Shown here: positions 38,211-46,922 of the stretch, piece after piece | Numbering within the stretch: position 1 is the stretch's first letter | How the letters are laid out: each line of letters starts with the position of its first letter | Position numbers and translations under genes: made by a program | The notes under the pieces: generated by a model | Told to the model about the DNA's origin: nothing | The model's database searches: none | What the model saw: only the letters and a program-made list of their open reading frames with translations | IMG/VR virus record: IMGVR_UViG_3300047472_000281 | Span: 6,334-70,333 of that record | Origin: a virus | Length of the DNA: 64,000 nt | Strand: one strand, 5' to 3'

Positions 38211-38668
38211 ACCTGCCCGACCTCACACCGACCGGACAGATCCGCAAGGTCGGCAAGCTGATCGCGATCGCCGTGGCGGTGGTCATCAGCATCATCGGCG
38301 CGCTGGTTGTGATGAAGTTCGTCGGCGATCCGTTCGGCTTCGGTAAGCGCAAGACCGAGACCGCCCAGGCCACCGCCACCGTCAATGGCCAGCAGGCCGC
38401 CAGCAACGCCGCTGGAGCGGCCATCAATGACAATCGGGCTGGCAACGTCGCCCGGCTCGATAGAACCGCCCAGGAGGGCCAAAATGCGATCTGGCGTGCG
38501 GATGATCTCGACGCTGCTTATGGCAGCTACCTCGCTCACCTTGAGTGCCTGCGCGACCAGGGTCGTGCCCCTGTCGCCGTTCGTGCAGCTGACGACCGGG
38601 GACCGGACGCCGGCGCCGAACCCGACGGCGCCTGCGAGGCCGACGCTGCGGCCAGCGACCAGCCCTGA
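38207..38668 (+). CDS. i-spanin (Rz-like)
   Basis: N-terminal TM then helical periplasmic region; overlapped by lipoprotein ORF. Confidence 0.7.
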   Translation: MNLPDLTPTGQIRKVGKLIAIAVAVVISIIGALVVMKFVGDPFGFGKRKTETAQATATVNGQQAASNAAGAAINDNRAGNVARLDRTAQEGQNAIWRADDLDAAYGSYLAHLECLRDQGRAPVAVRAADDRGPDAGAEPDGACEADAAASDQP

Positions 38669-38858
38669 GGCCAGGGAAGAGCGCGACTATCTGATGGCGG
38701 TGGTGATCAAGCCGCTGATGGCCTTCAGTCTGCTCCAGGAGCGCGCCAAGCAGGCCGAGGGCCAGCGGGCCGACGGCGTGGTCGCCAAGGTAGACGCCTT
38801 CAATACGGCGGTCGAGCGCAAGCGGCGCTGGCTACCCTGGGCGCGCGACAAGCCCTGA
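38484..38858 (+). CDS. o-spanin (Rz1-like lipoprotein); start approximate
   Basis: Lipobox LSAC followed by Pro-rich segment; overlaps i-spanin in another frame. Confidence 0.7.
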   Translation: MRSGVRMISTLLMAATSLTLSACATRVVPLSPFVQLTTGDRTPAPNPTAPARPTLRPATSPEAREERDYLMAVVIKPLMAFSLLQERAKQAEGQRADGVVAKVDAFNTAVERKRRWLPWARDKP

Positions 38859-38885
38859 CCATATTGCTGACGTCAAGAACATGGT

Positions 38886-38917
38886 GCGCCCCTGGCTTCG
38901 GCCGGGGGCGCTTTTTT
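38886..38917 (+). terminator. Rho-independent terminator of late operon
   Basis: GCGCCCCTGGC-TTCG-GCCGGGGGCGC then TTTTTT at the convergence point. Confidence 0.85.
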
Positions 38918-38933
38918 GATTCCTGGGCGGTGG

Positions 38934-39251
38934 TTATCGCCTGACCCGGCCGGCTTGCGCCGCCGGCCGGCGGCTGCGGATATCATGCAGAAGCGAACGT
39001 CGGTGGCGAGCGGCGGCCGAACTTGCGAGGAATCGGCGCAACCAAGCATGCCCATTGCGCGTGATCGTGCAGGTACCCGTCCATTTGATGTCGGCCGTGG
39101 TGAAGTCCGCCTCGTCCTTGAGCGGATCCACATAGGCGTGGCGGGCTGGCCAGGTCAGGCTTGGGAACGTCAAGTCGACGGAGACCACTTCCACCCGCTC
39201 GCCGTTCACCGTCATGAGCGACCAAGAACCCGCCTGAACGGCGCCGGTCAT
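38934..39251 (-). CDS. Hypothetical protein
   Basis: ATGA coupling with upstream minus-strand gene. Confidence 0.55.
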   Translation of the reverse strand: MTGAVQAGSWSLMTVNGERVEVVSVDLTFPSLTWPARHAYVDPLKDEADFTTADIKWTGTCTITRNGHAWLRRFLASSAAARHRRSLLHDIRSRRPAAQAGRVRR

Positions 39252-39808
39252 AGGTCGCCGCCGCGCGGCCGCATGGCGAGGCGGGTCACGTTGGGGTCGT
39301 CGACTACCTTTAAGGCTTCACGCAGATAGGGCGTGTCGGCGGCGCGCCACCGGCCGGCCGCTTCGAACTCGTCCTGCAAGGCCATGTTCTTCTTGGCCCA
39401 GTCGATCGCTATCTCGGTCTTGCCGACCGAGGCGGGCTTGTGGATGACGACGATCTCGCCATCAGCCATCCAGCGGTCCAGACCCCAGAGGCCAGTTCCG
39501 CCGGGCGTGCCCTCGAACCGCCAGCCACGGCCCTCGCCGAGGGGCGTCCTTCGCTCCATCCAGTGCTCGCCGAGTCCCCTGACACGATCGGGGTAGAGGC
39601 ATTCCTTGGCGTCCAGGATCTTCATCCCAAGGCAGGTTCGCGCTCCGTCAGCGTCCCGCCCGAGCGCGGCGGGGTAATCCACGCCGATTTCGTTGACCTC
39701 TGCGCCGGTCAGCCAGACATAGTACGGGCGCTCCTGACCGCCCTCATCGGCCGCGGCGAGCAGTCGGCGGGTGTCCAATTCGGCCAGAAGCTGCTTCAGA
39801 ATGCTCAT
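39248..39808 (-). CDS. Hypothetical protein carrying terminase GpA-like motifs
   Basis: VVIHKPASVGKTE and GRWRAADTPYLREALKVVDDP. Confidence 0.6.
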   Translation of the reverse strand: MSILKQLLAELDTRRLLAAADEGGQERPYYVWLTGAEVNEIGVDYPAALGRDADGARTCLGMKILDAKECLYPDRVRGLGEHWMERRTPLGEGRGWRFEGTPGGTGLWGLDRWMADGEIVVIHKPASVGKTEIAIDWAKKNMALQDEFEAAGRWRAADTPYLREALKVVDDPNVTRLAMRPRGGDL

Positions 39809-40086
39809 GGCAGGCGCCCCGGAGGTCTCGGGACAGGGCGAACGCCCGTTGAGCCCTGGATGATGGCGTCGAGATCATGCTGGACGGCGGCCAGGCCACG
39901 CTGAAGGTGGTAGGCTAGGTCGCTACCGTCAGTCCCGTCGAGCTGCCGCCATGTGGTCATGAAGTTGAACTCACGGTCGGCGTTCTCGATGTGGATCGCG
40001 ATACCCTCAGGAAGGACGATGAGGGTGGTTGGGAATCGCGCCTTATCAGCCATCTCGGCCGCCGCTCGTAGCTGCAGGGTCCACAT
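39805..40086 (-). CDS. Hypothetical protein
   Basis: GGAGG SD; coupled. Confidence 0.6.
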   Translation of the reverse strand: MWTLQLRAAAEMADKARFPTTLIVLPEGIAIHIENADREFNFMTTWRQLDGTDGSDLAYHLQRGLAAVQHDLDAIIQGSTGVRPVPRPPGRLP

Positions 40087-40487
40087 CAGATCTCACCTCC
40101 AACAAAGGTCTCGTACAAGGCTAGCCGGGTGCGCTGGAGTTCCAGGGTTTGGTAGCCCTTCGCCGCGTCATCGTAGCTCTGGTTCAGGTCGATGATGGGC
40201 ATTGGAAAGCTGGACGCGCGAGCTTCGGCCAGATCAATAGGATCTCCCTCGCCCACGCCGACGATGGGCGGCGACAGGCGGGGATCGTATCCCAAGGCCT
40301 TGACCCAGCGGGCGCGCTCGCGATCCATCTGGCGCAGCGCTCGTATGGCCGGCGAGCCATAGATCCGCTCGAACACCTCGCGCGGGATGTGGTGCAGACG
40401 TCCGGTATGGCGGCTGATGTAGAAGTTCGCCGACGGCCGCCGCCAATACTTGCTCTTCACCCGGTGGTTGGCGGTGCGGAGACGCAT
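40086..40487 (-). CDS. Hypothetical protein
   Basis: TGATG coupling on both sides. Confidence 0.6.
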   Translation of the reverse strand: MRLRTANHRVKSKYWRRPSANFYISRHTGRLHHIPREVFERIYGSPAIRALRQMDRERARWVKALGYDPRLSPPIVGVGEGDPIDLAEARASSFPMPIIDLNQSYDDAAKGYQTLELQRTRLALYETFVGGEI

Positions 40488-40720
40488 CAGTCCGGCTCCC
40501 CGATGCCCAGCAGCCCGCGAAGGCTCGCCTGGATTTCATGCCGGCCCAAGCGCCGGGCCATGCTCATGGCCTTCGCAGCGGTGTTGGCCGAGGCCTCGTC
40601 GTCGAAGGTGATGCCGCCGAAAGGGCCAAGCTTGTCGCTAAGCCAGATCGTCCAGCGCTTGCCGTTGGGCTTGACGAAGAAGTCGTCGGCGATGGTGTCG
40701 TAGTGGACGAGCGCGACCAT
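40487..40720 (-). CDS. Hypothetical protein
   Basis: TGATG coupling. Confidence 0.6.
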   Translation of the reverse strand: MVALVHYDTIADDFFVKPNGKRWTIWLSDKLGPFGGITFDDEASANTAAKAMSMARRLGRHEIQASLRGLLGIGEPD

Positions 40721-40962
40721 CAGGCTTTCTCCGCTCGGACTTCGGCGATCATCGCCGAGAAAGCATCGGCCAGAATGCCAGGGCGGGGCTGGCCGGCCAT
40801 CGCCAACGCAAACTCGCGGAGCCCGGCCCTGACCATCGCTATATCGCGATCCTGCAGCGTGAATAGGAAGTCATCGACCAACTCGGCAGGAGTCTTGGCG
40901 CGCGCCATACCCTCGGCCGCAACTTCGAGCAGTCTTTCGCGCATTGTCTGTGGGTGAGCCAT
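40720..40962 (-). CDS. Hypothetical protein
   Basis: ATG at 40962 coupled to upstream stop. Confidence 0.55.
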   Translation of the reverse strand: MAHPQTMRERLLEVAAEGMARAKTPAELVDDFLFTLQDRDIAMVRAGLREFALAMAGQPRPGILADAFSAMIAEVRAEKA

Positions 40963-41483
40963 CAGACGGGCTCCCGGTCCATGACGACCGTGACGTCGTG
41001 GTTGTCGGTCCACAGCCAGCAGGCTGCGCGGGTGATGGCGGCGTCGACGACGGCGAAGAAGAAGCCCACGCCAGGATCGTTCAGCACGTCCAGCTGCTCG
41101 GGCTCGAGGCGCAGGCCATGATCGGGGAGGCGGAGCAGCTTCAGGATATGCCGCTCGCCCAGCGGCCGGCGGATCGGCGCCGACAGGCCGTCAGGATCCG
41201 CGCGGCGGGCCGCCAGCGCCTCTTCCTGCAGTTCCTTGGCCAGAGCCTCGACGGCCGTCTCGATCGACCACAGGGCGTCGCGCAGGGGATTGGGATAGCC
41301 GATCTTGGCTGAGCGCTCCCAGGACACCACGATGCTGTTGGTGGTCTCGCCGCGGCCGGCGTTGATCGCGTTGGCCAGGGCGGAGATGTGCCGGCGCTCC
41401 AGATTGATCGCGGTGCGCATCCCCCGGCTCTCTGGGCCGGTCAGGGGGCGGTCTCGGTGGCCGAACAGGGCGCGGGAGGTCAT
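40962..41483 (-). CDS. Hypothetical protein (repeat-array gene)
   Basis: Preceded by repeat copy with AAGGAAC SD. Confidence 0.7.
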   Translation of the reverse strand: MTSRALFGHRDRPLTGPESRGMRTAINLERRHISALANAINAGRGETTNSIVVSWERSAKIGYPNPLRDALWSIETAVEALAKELQEEALAARRADPDGLSAPIRRPLGERHILKLLRLPDHGLRLEPEQLDVLNDPGVGFFFAVVDAAITRAACWLWTDNHDVTVVMDREPV

Positions 41484-41533
41484 GGGCGGTGGTTCCTTGG
41501 TGAGCCGTGCTCCTGCGCGGCGTGGTTGCGATA

Positions 41534-41884
41534 TCAGAGGCGGCGCTTGGCCAGGGCGAGTCGTTCCATCCGGACAGCTTCACACCACCATGCGGCGCCG
41601 AGGATCCGTGTCGAGGGCGGCTCTTCAAGCCAGGCCTCCACCTCCGCCTGGGCGCCGGCGGTGTCGCCGTAATCCCCCTGGATCTGGAGGAAGATCAGAT
41701 AGGCGTCCTCGACCAGCACATAGGCCAGGGCCTTAGACCCGTTCGACGCGGCGATGCACGCCTGCAGAACGTCCAGATAGATCAGCGCGGCCTGCTGGGT
41801 GTTCAGGCCCATGGTCAGGGCGAGCTTGGCGATGCGCTCGTCGGTCGCATCGTTCTCGGGCGTGGCCTGCGAGGGGTTCGGCAT
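41534..41884 (-). CDS. Hypothetical protein (repeat-array gene)
   Basis: AAGGAG SD, ATG 41884. Confidence 0.65.
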   Translation of the reverse strand: MPNPSQATPENDATDERIAKLALTMGLNTQQAALIYLDVLQACIAASNGSKALAYVLVEDAYLIFLQIQGDYGDTAGAQAEVEAWLEEPPSTRILGAAWWCEAVRMERLALAKRRL

Positions 41885-41999
41885 AACGGCTCCTTGGCCT
41901 AGCAGAGTAGCACCGAGGGCGGATTGGGCCATAGGCTTCGCAGCTGACCCTTTCGCGTTTTGCGTCCACCCTTCACGCTGAAAGGGTGGCCTGAAAGGG

Positions 42000-42146
42000 T
42001 CAGCCATGGGCGAGCACTCCAAAGCCTTGCCGGGCAAGGGCTAGTAGGGGGCGAAGGGTGGCCAATCCGGCGCCCGAATAGAGCGGTTTTCCAGCCGCTT
42101 TCGCGGCCGCTCGGGCGTCACGGATAAGGGTCGATTTGGAAGACAT
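42000..42146 (-). CDS. Small basic hypothetical protein (repeat-array gene)
   Basis: TAAGGAG SD, ATG 42146. Confidence 0.5.
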   Translation of the reverse strand: MSSKSTLIRDARAAAKAAGKPLYSGAGLATLRPLLALARQGFGVLAHG

Positions 42147-42174
42147 GGGCGTCGTCTCCTTAGGCGAGGGCCGA

Positions 42175-43092
42175 TTAGGCCGGAGGGTTGTTGGGAGGGG
42201 CGGTGTCGCTGAAGGGCAGGGGCGTCCAGCCGGCGAACCAGTCGTCGTCGAGACCACCAAGGCCGAAGGGCCCAGCGAGCCCCCAGCCCTCGTCAAGACC
42301 TTCATCAACACCGTCGGTGTCGATGCCTGGGTGACGGATCACGACCCAGAGGCCGCCAAAGCGATCGAGATCGGCGCGCCCGGGGATTTCCGGCTTGAAG
42401 CGGGCCAGGACCGGCGTCCTGTTCTTCAGGGCCTTCGACATCGGGCGCAGAGCGTCGAGCAGTGGACCTTCCCATGTTGCCCGGCCATGCTCGCGCATCT
42501 TCTCGTCGATTGCCAGGCGGCAGGACCGCAGAGCGTTGGGCTCGGAGTCCTGCAGGTCGACGTCCTGGTCGCCCAACATCAGGCGATTGACGTTGTGGTT
42601 CATGACCAAGCGCCAGCGATAGGTCGTGCCGTACTTGGCATTGAGCCGGATATTGGCCTCGTCCAAGTAGTCGAGGCGGGCCTTGTCGGCTTCCAGCGCC
42701 GCGCACCTAGCCTCGGCGGCGACGGCGCGTGCGACCTGCTCCTCGCAGCGCAGGGCCATGTCCTCGGCGTTTTGGCGCCACGTCATGGGCCAGAGAGGCC
42801 CACAGCCATTGGGGCAGGGCTCGGTCTTGTTGTCGCCAGCCGTGATCGCGCCCGACTGGGCGTGGAGCACGTTGCGGACCAGGACGAACGAGCACTTGGC
42901 GCACCGCATCATGCCGGGGACGACATCGGCTCTGGCCGCCGAGCTGTCGCCCGACAAGGCTTGGGCCGCAACCACTAGCAGCGAGGCCGTTTCCTGAGCG
43001 TAGGGCGTGGCGCCGATCACTTCGCCCCGCATGAAGCGGTCCGCTAGCTCCAAGAGGCGCGGCGTGGGGTCAACTGTTTGGGGGGAAGACAT
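42175..43092 (-). CDS. Mosaic hypothetical protein with CxxC...CPNGC Zn motif
   Basis: Repeat and SD upstream; CAKC, EPCPNGCGPLW, DKARLDYL. Confidence 0.75.
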   Translation of the reverse strand: MSSPQTVDPTPRLLELADRFMRGEVIGATPYAQETASLLVVAAQALSGDSSAARADVVPGMMRCAKCSFVLVRNVLHAQSGAITAGDNKTEPCPNGCGPLWPMTWRQNAEDMALRCEEQVARAVAAEARCAALEADKARLDYLDEANIRLNAKYGTTYRWRLVMNHNVNRLMLGDQDVDLQDSEPNALRSCRLAIDEKMREHGRATWEGPLLDALRPMSKALKNRTPVLARFKPEIPGRADLDRFGGLWVVIRHPGIDTDGVDEGLDEGWGLAGPFGLGGLDDDWFAGWTPLPFSDTAPPNNPPA

Positions 43093-43177
43093 GGCGGTGG
43101 TTCCTTCGTAAGCCGCGCCTCATGCGCGGGGCTGATTGGGCTGTAGGCTTCAGGTCGAGGCTGATTGGGCTGCAGGG

Positions 43178-43603
43178 TCAGGGCCAGCCGCTCTTCATCA
43201 TACGCCGGCCGGGCGGAAACGGCGGCTTGACCAGGGTCAGATCGATTTGCACCGTGTTGGCGGTTTCACGCCTGACGGCCGATCCCAGCGGCGCACCGGT
43301 CAGATTGTTGACGATGATCGCGGGCTGAGCGACGACTGCGCCCGACTCGATATCCTCGGTGCTCCAGCCGTTCGCAGCGGCCAGGGACCAGAGTGCAGCC
43401 ACCCGCCGCGCGGCTTGGACGCGCTCATCTTGCGTCAGCAGGTAGGAATAGGCAGTGGTGGCCAAACCGAGAAAGCGGCCACCGACCTTGATCCGAACGC
43501 TGCGCCACCGGTCCCATTTCGCCGGCTTGGCCGCTAGCGGCTCGTTGTCGCCGCCGCGCTTTCCGATGGTGTTCGCCTCTTCGATCGCAAAGGGTGTGAC
43601 CAT
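43178..43603 (-). CDS. Hypothetical protein (repeat-array gene)
   Basis: ATG 43603 after repeat SD. Confidence 0.65.
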   Translation of the reverse strand: MVTPFAIEEANTIGKRGGDNEPLAAKPAKWDRWRSVRIKVGGRFLGLATTAYSYLLTQDERVQAARRVAALWSLAAANGWSTEDIESGAVVAQPAIIVNNLTGAPLGSAVRRETANTVQIDLTLVKPPFPPGRRMMKSGWP

Positions 43604-43662
43604 GGCGGTTGGTTCCTTGTGTTGCCGCGCCACATGCGCGGGGGCTGATTGGGTCGCAGGGT

Positions 43663-44844
43663 TCAGGCGAGAGCGGGCTGGCGCGGCAGGACGTCGCCGT
43701 CGAACCACTCTAGGTGGGCCATGGCGGCGTCCTTCTTGGACTTCGCTGCCAGCAAGTCTTCAAACCGCTGGATCACGGCCTCGGGCGTTGGGAACGTGTT
43801 CTCCAGACCATGATGAGCCAGGATGATCTCGCGGGCCGCAACGACCTGCACCGCCTCGTCATAGGTTGGGGCGCGCAGAGGCCAGCCCTTCACGTACCGC
43901 AAGCCCTTGGGCAGACTGGCCTCGAGGGCTTGGCGTTCGGCGCCGCGCACCTTGCCGACGGCCAGGCCTGCCGCGAGGGCCGGTGAGATCAGGTGCGGCG
44001 ACACATCGCCTAGCCAGCGCGTGGGCTGAAAGCTGAAGGTCGAGTTTGCCTCGACGCCGACCAGGTGACGATAGACCGCGTGGTTGTCCTCGCTGCGCGA
44101 CGAGGCTTCCTGATCACGGACCTTTTGCAGCACGCAGTAGGAGCAGCCCAGGCGAGACGTCCCGTGAACGCTGTAGGCAACGTGAAGGGGCAGGGCGTGG
44201 CGTTCATGATAGGCGAACACTTCGCCCAGCAGAACCTCGGCCGCTGGATGCCAGGACATCAGCGTCGTTCCGTCGCGCTTGGACCAACGAGGCTCGGGCT
44301 TCGACACCGGCGCCAAGCTGCGCGCGGGGCTCTCTTCGCGCCGGATCCCGATGACAGAGATGATCACGCGGCCGGGGAAAGCCTTCTGGAGGGCGGGCGA
44401 AATCACCTGCTGCTTGAGCTCGGCCGTGCAGAAGCGGAGACTAGCGCTCGACCAGGGTCCAATCAGGTTGAACACCTCCAAGGCGGCGTACCGGCGTTTA
44501 CCCTCGGCGAAGCGGGCCTCCCAGCGCGAAATCATGTCGTGGCGGCCATGGCGAACCACCATCAGCGGAACGCCCAGCTGCTCGGCGATGCGCTCGCACA
44601 TCGGCAGGCTTTCCTTCCACTCGATCCTGCCCAGGTCGGCGTGGATTGCCACGCGGTCCTCTTTCGGGTGGCCCAGCATGTCCAGGAGCCGGTTCGCGGA
44701 ATGCGCGGCGACCGAGGAGTCCTTGCCACCGCTCAGGCTGAAGGCAACGACGGCACCGGCTCGGATGGCCGCCAGGACCTCGGTGTCGACCGCGATCCCG
44801 ACCTCGCGGAACATCTCGATCTCTTCGGCGGTGGTCATCGTCAT
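43663..44844 (-). CDS. Phosphoadenosine phosphosulfate reductase family protein (PP-loop)
   Basis: SLSGGKDS, RFCTAELK, GIRREES..R, SRLGCSYC; ATG 44844 after repeat SD. Confidence 0.88.
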   Translation of the reverse strand: MTMTTAEEIEMFREVGIAVDTEVLAAIRAGAVVAFSLSGGKDSSVAAHSANRLLDMLGHPKEDRVAIHADLGRIEWKESLPMCERIAEQLGVPLMVVRHGRHDMISRWEARFAEGKRRYAALEVFNLIGPWSSASLRFCTAELKQQVISPALQKAFPGRVIISVIGIRREESPARSLAPVSKPEPRWSKRDGTTLMSWHPAAEVLLGEVFAYHERHALPLHVAYSVHGTSRLGCSYCVLQKVRDQEASSRSEDNHAVYRHLVGVEANSTFSFQPTRWLGDVSPHLISPALAAGLAVGKVRGAERQALEASLPKGLRYVKGWPLRAPTYDEAVQVVAAREIILAHHGLENTFPTPEAVIQRFEDLLAAKSKKDAAMAHLEWFDGDVLPRQPALA

Positions 44845-44899
44845 AGGGTCGTTCCTTGCTGGCCCGCGCCACATGCGCGGGCTGATTGATCTGGTGGGT

Positions 44900-45133
44900 C
44901 TACTGGCAGGCGACGTCGATGCTGGAGCGCAGCTCTTCGAAGTGGCCGGGCAGATCGTCCTGCAGGGTGGTGATCGCGTCCTGCATCTTGATTCCGCTGT
45001 CGGCGCCCTGAAGGCTCTCAGGGAGGTTTTCGAACGCGGCCTGTTCAGCGGCGAGCACCTCTTCGACAAGGGTCTCGGCCTGATTGATCAGCTCGGCGGC
45101 TTGCTGGAGCATCTTGCGGCGGTCGTTGTTCAT
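44900..45133 (-). CDS. Small acidic helical phage protein
   Basis: MNNDRRK...EQAAFENLPESLQ; ATG 45133 after repeat SD. Confidence 0.75.
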   Translation of the reverse strand: MNNDRRKMLQQAAELINQAETLVEEVLAAEQAAFENLPESLQGADSGIKMQDAITTLQDDLPGHFEELRSSIDVACQ

Positions 45134-45186
45134 GGCTTCGTTCCTTGGTGACCCACGCCATGCGCGGGCTGATTGAGCTTTAGGGC

Positions 45187-45984
45187 TTAGGCGGCCAGGT
45201 CGCGGCGCACCCCGATGAAGACTGCACCACGCGGCGCGCCATCCCTGGTCTTGCCGCAAAGCCGCACCGTGCCCAGTCGGCCGGGCAGATTGCCCCGTTG
45301 GGTCCAGAGCGACGCGGCCTGAGCGCGCGGCATGGCGACCGGCGCCGAGAACAGGCGCCCGGCATACTCAAGGGTGACAGACCCGACAGCGTCTGGATCG
45401 TCCAGCCGAGCGCGAACAGACCTGATAACGCCCTCTAGCTCGCCGGTCGGCTTCAGCTTGACCGCCTCGCAACGCGTGGAAGAGGCGTTGCCCTCGCGAT
45501 AACCCCACGTCCCGGCCTTCAGAACCAAGCCCTCGCCATTGCGGGCGACCACCTCGGCGAACGCCTCGTTGACGCTCTCAAGGGAGCGATGACAGAGGGC
45601 GGGCGACACCTGGACGACATCTTGAGCGCCAAGGGACGCCACAGCCTGCCGCACCTTCGCCAGACGATCCACAAAGGCCATGGAAGAGCCGGCCAGGTCG
45701 AAAACCATGAAGCGCCAGCCAGAGGGGAGAGCACCCGAACCCATGAAGGCGGATTGCGCGGCCTCAAAGCCGCCGGGGGCGGTCAGTTCGCCATGGTGAC
45801 CCCACAGAGCGCGCTGGGAGAGGAAGGCGCGGGCCTCCGGATTGGGAAGGGGAAGGCCCTCTTTCGTATGCAGGCCCATAGAGGGGCAGACCAGGCCGCC
45901 GACTCCATCGTGCTTTTCCTGCGACCAGCAAGGGAAGGGGAGGCGGGAGAGATCGGCCGTAACCGGGTGCATCGGCTTGAGCAT
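45187..45984 (-). CDS. Minimal ATP-dependent DNA ligase-like protein
   Basis: EKHDG, HGEL, FMVFDL, EGLVLK, KLKP motifs plus OB-like tail. Confidence 0.82.
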   Translation of the reverse strand: MLKPMHPVTADLSRLPFPCWSQEKHDGVGGLVCPSMGLHTKEGLPLPNPEARAFLSQRALWGHHGELTAPGGFEAAQSAFMGSGALPSGWRFMVFDLAGSSMAFVDRLAKVRQAVASLGAQDVVQVSPALCHRSLESVNEAFAEVVARNGEGLVLKAGTWGYREGNASSTRCEAVKLKPTGELEGVIRSVRARLDDPDAVGSVTLEYAGRLFSAPVAMPRAQAASLWTQRGNLPGRLGTVRLCGKTRDGAPRGAVFIGVRRDLAA

Positions 45985-46055
45985 GGCGGGCGTTCCTTGG
46001 TGACCCGCGCCACATGCGCGGGAGAGGCTGATTAAGGGGGCGGGTTAGGCGGTGG

Positions 46056-46391
46056 TCAATCTTCCTCGTGTTCTTCTTGGGCGGTGGTTTCGTCATCGCC
46101 CTCCGGCTGCTCTATCCCGGCGTCTTCGTGCGACACGAACACCCACGCCATGACATAACCGCCATCACTGCCCTCGGACACGATCGCGTCGCCGTCGACT
46201 TCGACTTCGCCTTCGCTGAGAAAGCCGGTGTTGCCGGCGCCATCCGCATAGGCGGACAGGTGCGGTTCGGTCTGGCGCTGATGCTCAGCGAAGACGGGAA
46301 CGGCGCGCCCGAAATTCAGGCCGGCTTCAATCAGCGCCAGTAATTGGTCTTCTAAGCTCGGGGCGGTGGTGCTCTGGACGGTCGCGGACAT
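46056..46391 (-). CDS. Highly acidic hypothetical protein
   Basis: EGEVEVDGDAIVSEGSDGGYVMAWVFV; acidic tail; ATG 46391 after repeat SD. Confidence 0.75.
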   Translation of the reverse strand: MSATVQSTTAPSLEDQLLALIEAGLNFGRAVPVFAEHQRQTEPHLSAYADGAGNTGFLSEGEVEVDGDAIVSEGSDGGYVMAWVFVSHEDAGIEQPEGDDETTAQEEHEED

Positions 46392-46443
46392 GGTTGCGTT
46401 CCTTGAAGGCCCACGCCACATGCGCGGGGCTGGCCATACAGGC

Positions 46444-46842
46444 CTAGAGCTGTTCCGAAGGGAAATTCGGCGTTTCGTTCGAAGCGAGGGCGGCTTGCAA
46501 CTGCTCCACGAGAGCCTTGTTGTCCTCGGTGTTTTCGTAGGTCCCGTCGGCGATGCCGGATTCAAGGTCTTCCAGGTAGGACTGCGCAGCGTCGCTAAGG
46601 CGGTCGAGGACCGAACGCCGGACCAGAACGAACGGGTCTGACGGTATGGCGGGCGGATCGTACTGCGACACCGACCCGCCGGTAACCTTCATGATGTTCC
46701 GCCCACGCTTGCGAAGGCAAATCTCGTTTCCGAGTTCACCAGCATGCTCGAAGTTGTAGGCCTCGACGTCGCCGCTCCAAGCGCCGGGGTTGCCGGCGTT
46801 CGTGCAGTAGAGAACCTCAACATGATATCGGCCTTTGGGCAT
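46444..46842 (-). CDS. Hypothetical protein (repeat-array gene)
   Basis: ATG 46842 after repeat SD. Confidence 0.7.
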   Translation of the reverse strand: MPKGRYHVEVLYCTNAGNPGAWSGDVEAYNFEHAGELGNEICLRKRGRNIMKVTGGSVSQYDPPAIPSDPFVLVRRSVLDRLSDAAQSYLEDLESGIADGTYENTEDNKALVEQLQAALASNETPNFPSEQL

Positions 46843-46922
46843 GGTCTCGTTCCTTGCTGGCCCGCGCCACATGCGAGGGCTGATTGGCTCATATGGTCGC
46901 CGGGCTGATTGGCCTGGCGGGT

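Noticed and set aside
44845-45069. Extended N-termini given by the ORF track for array genes (e.g. 43663..45069, MWRG... starts)
   Set aside because: They run through the repeat element or upstream genes; the AAGGAAC SD places the true ATG just downstream of each repeat
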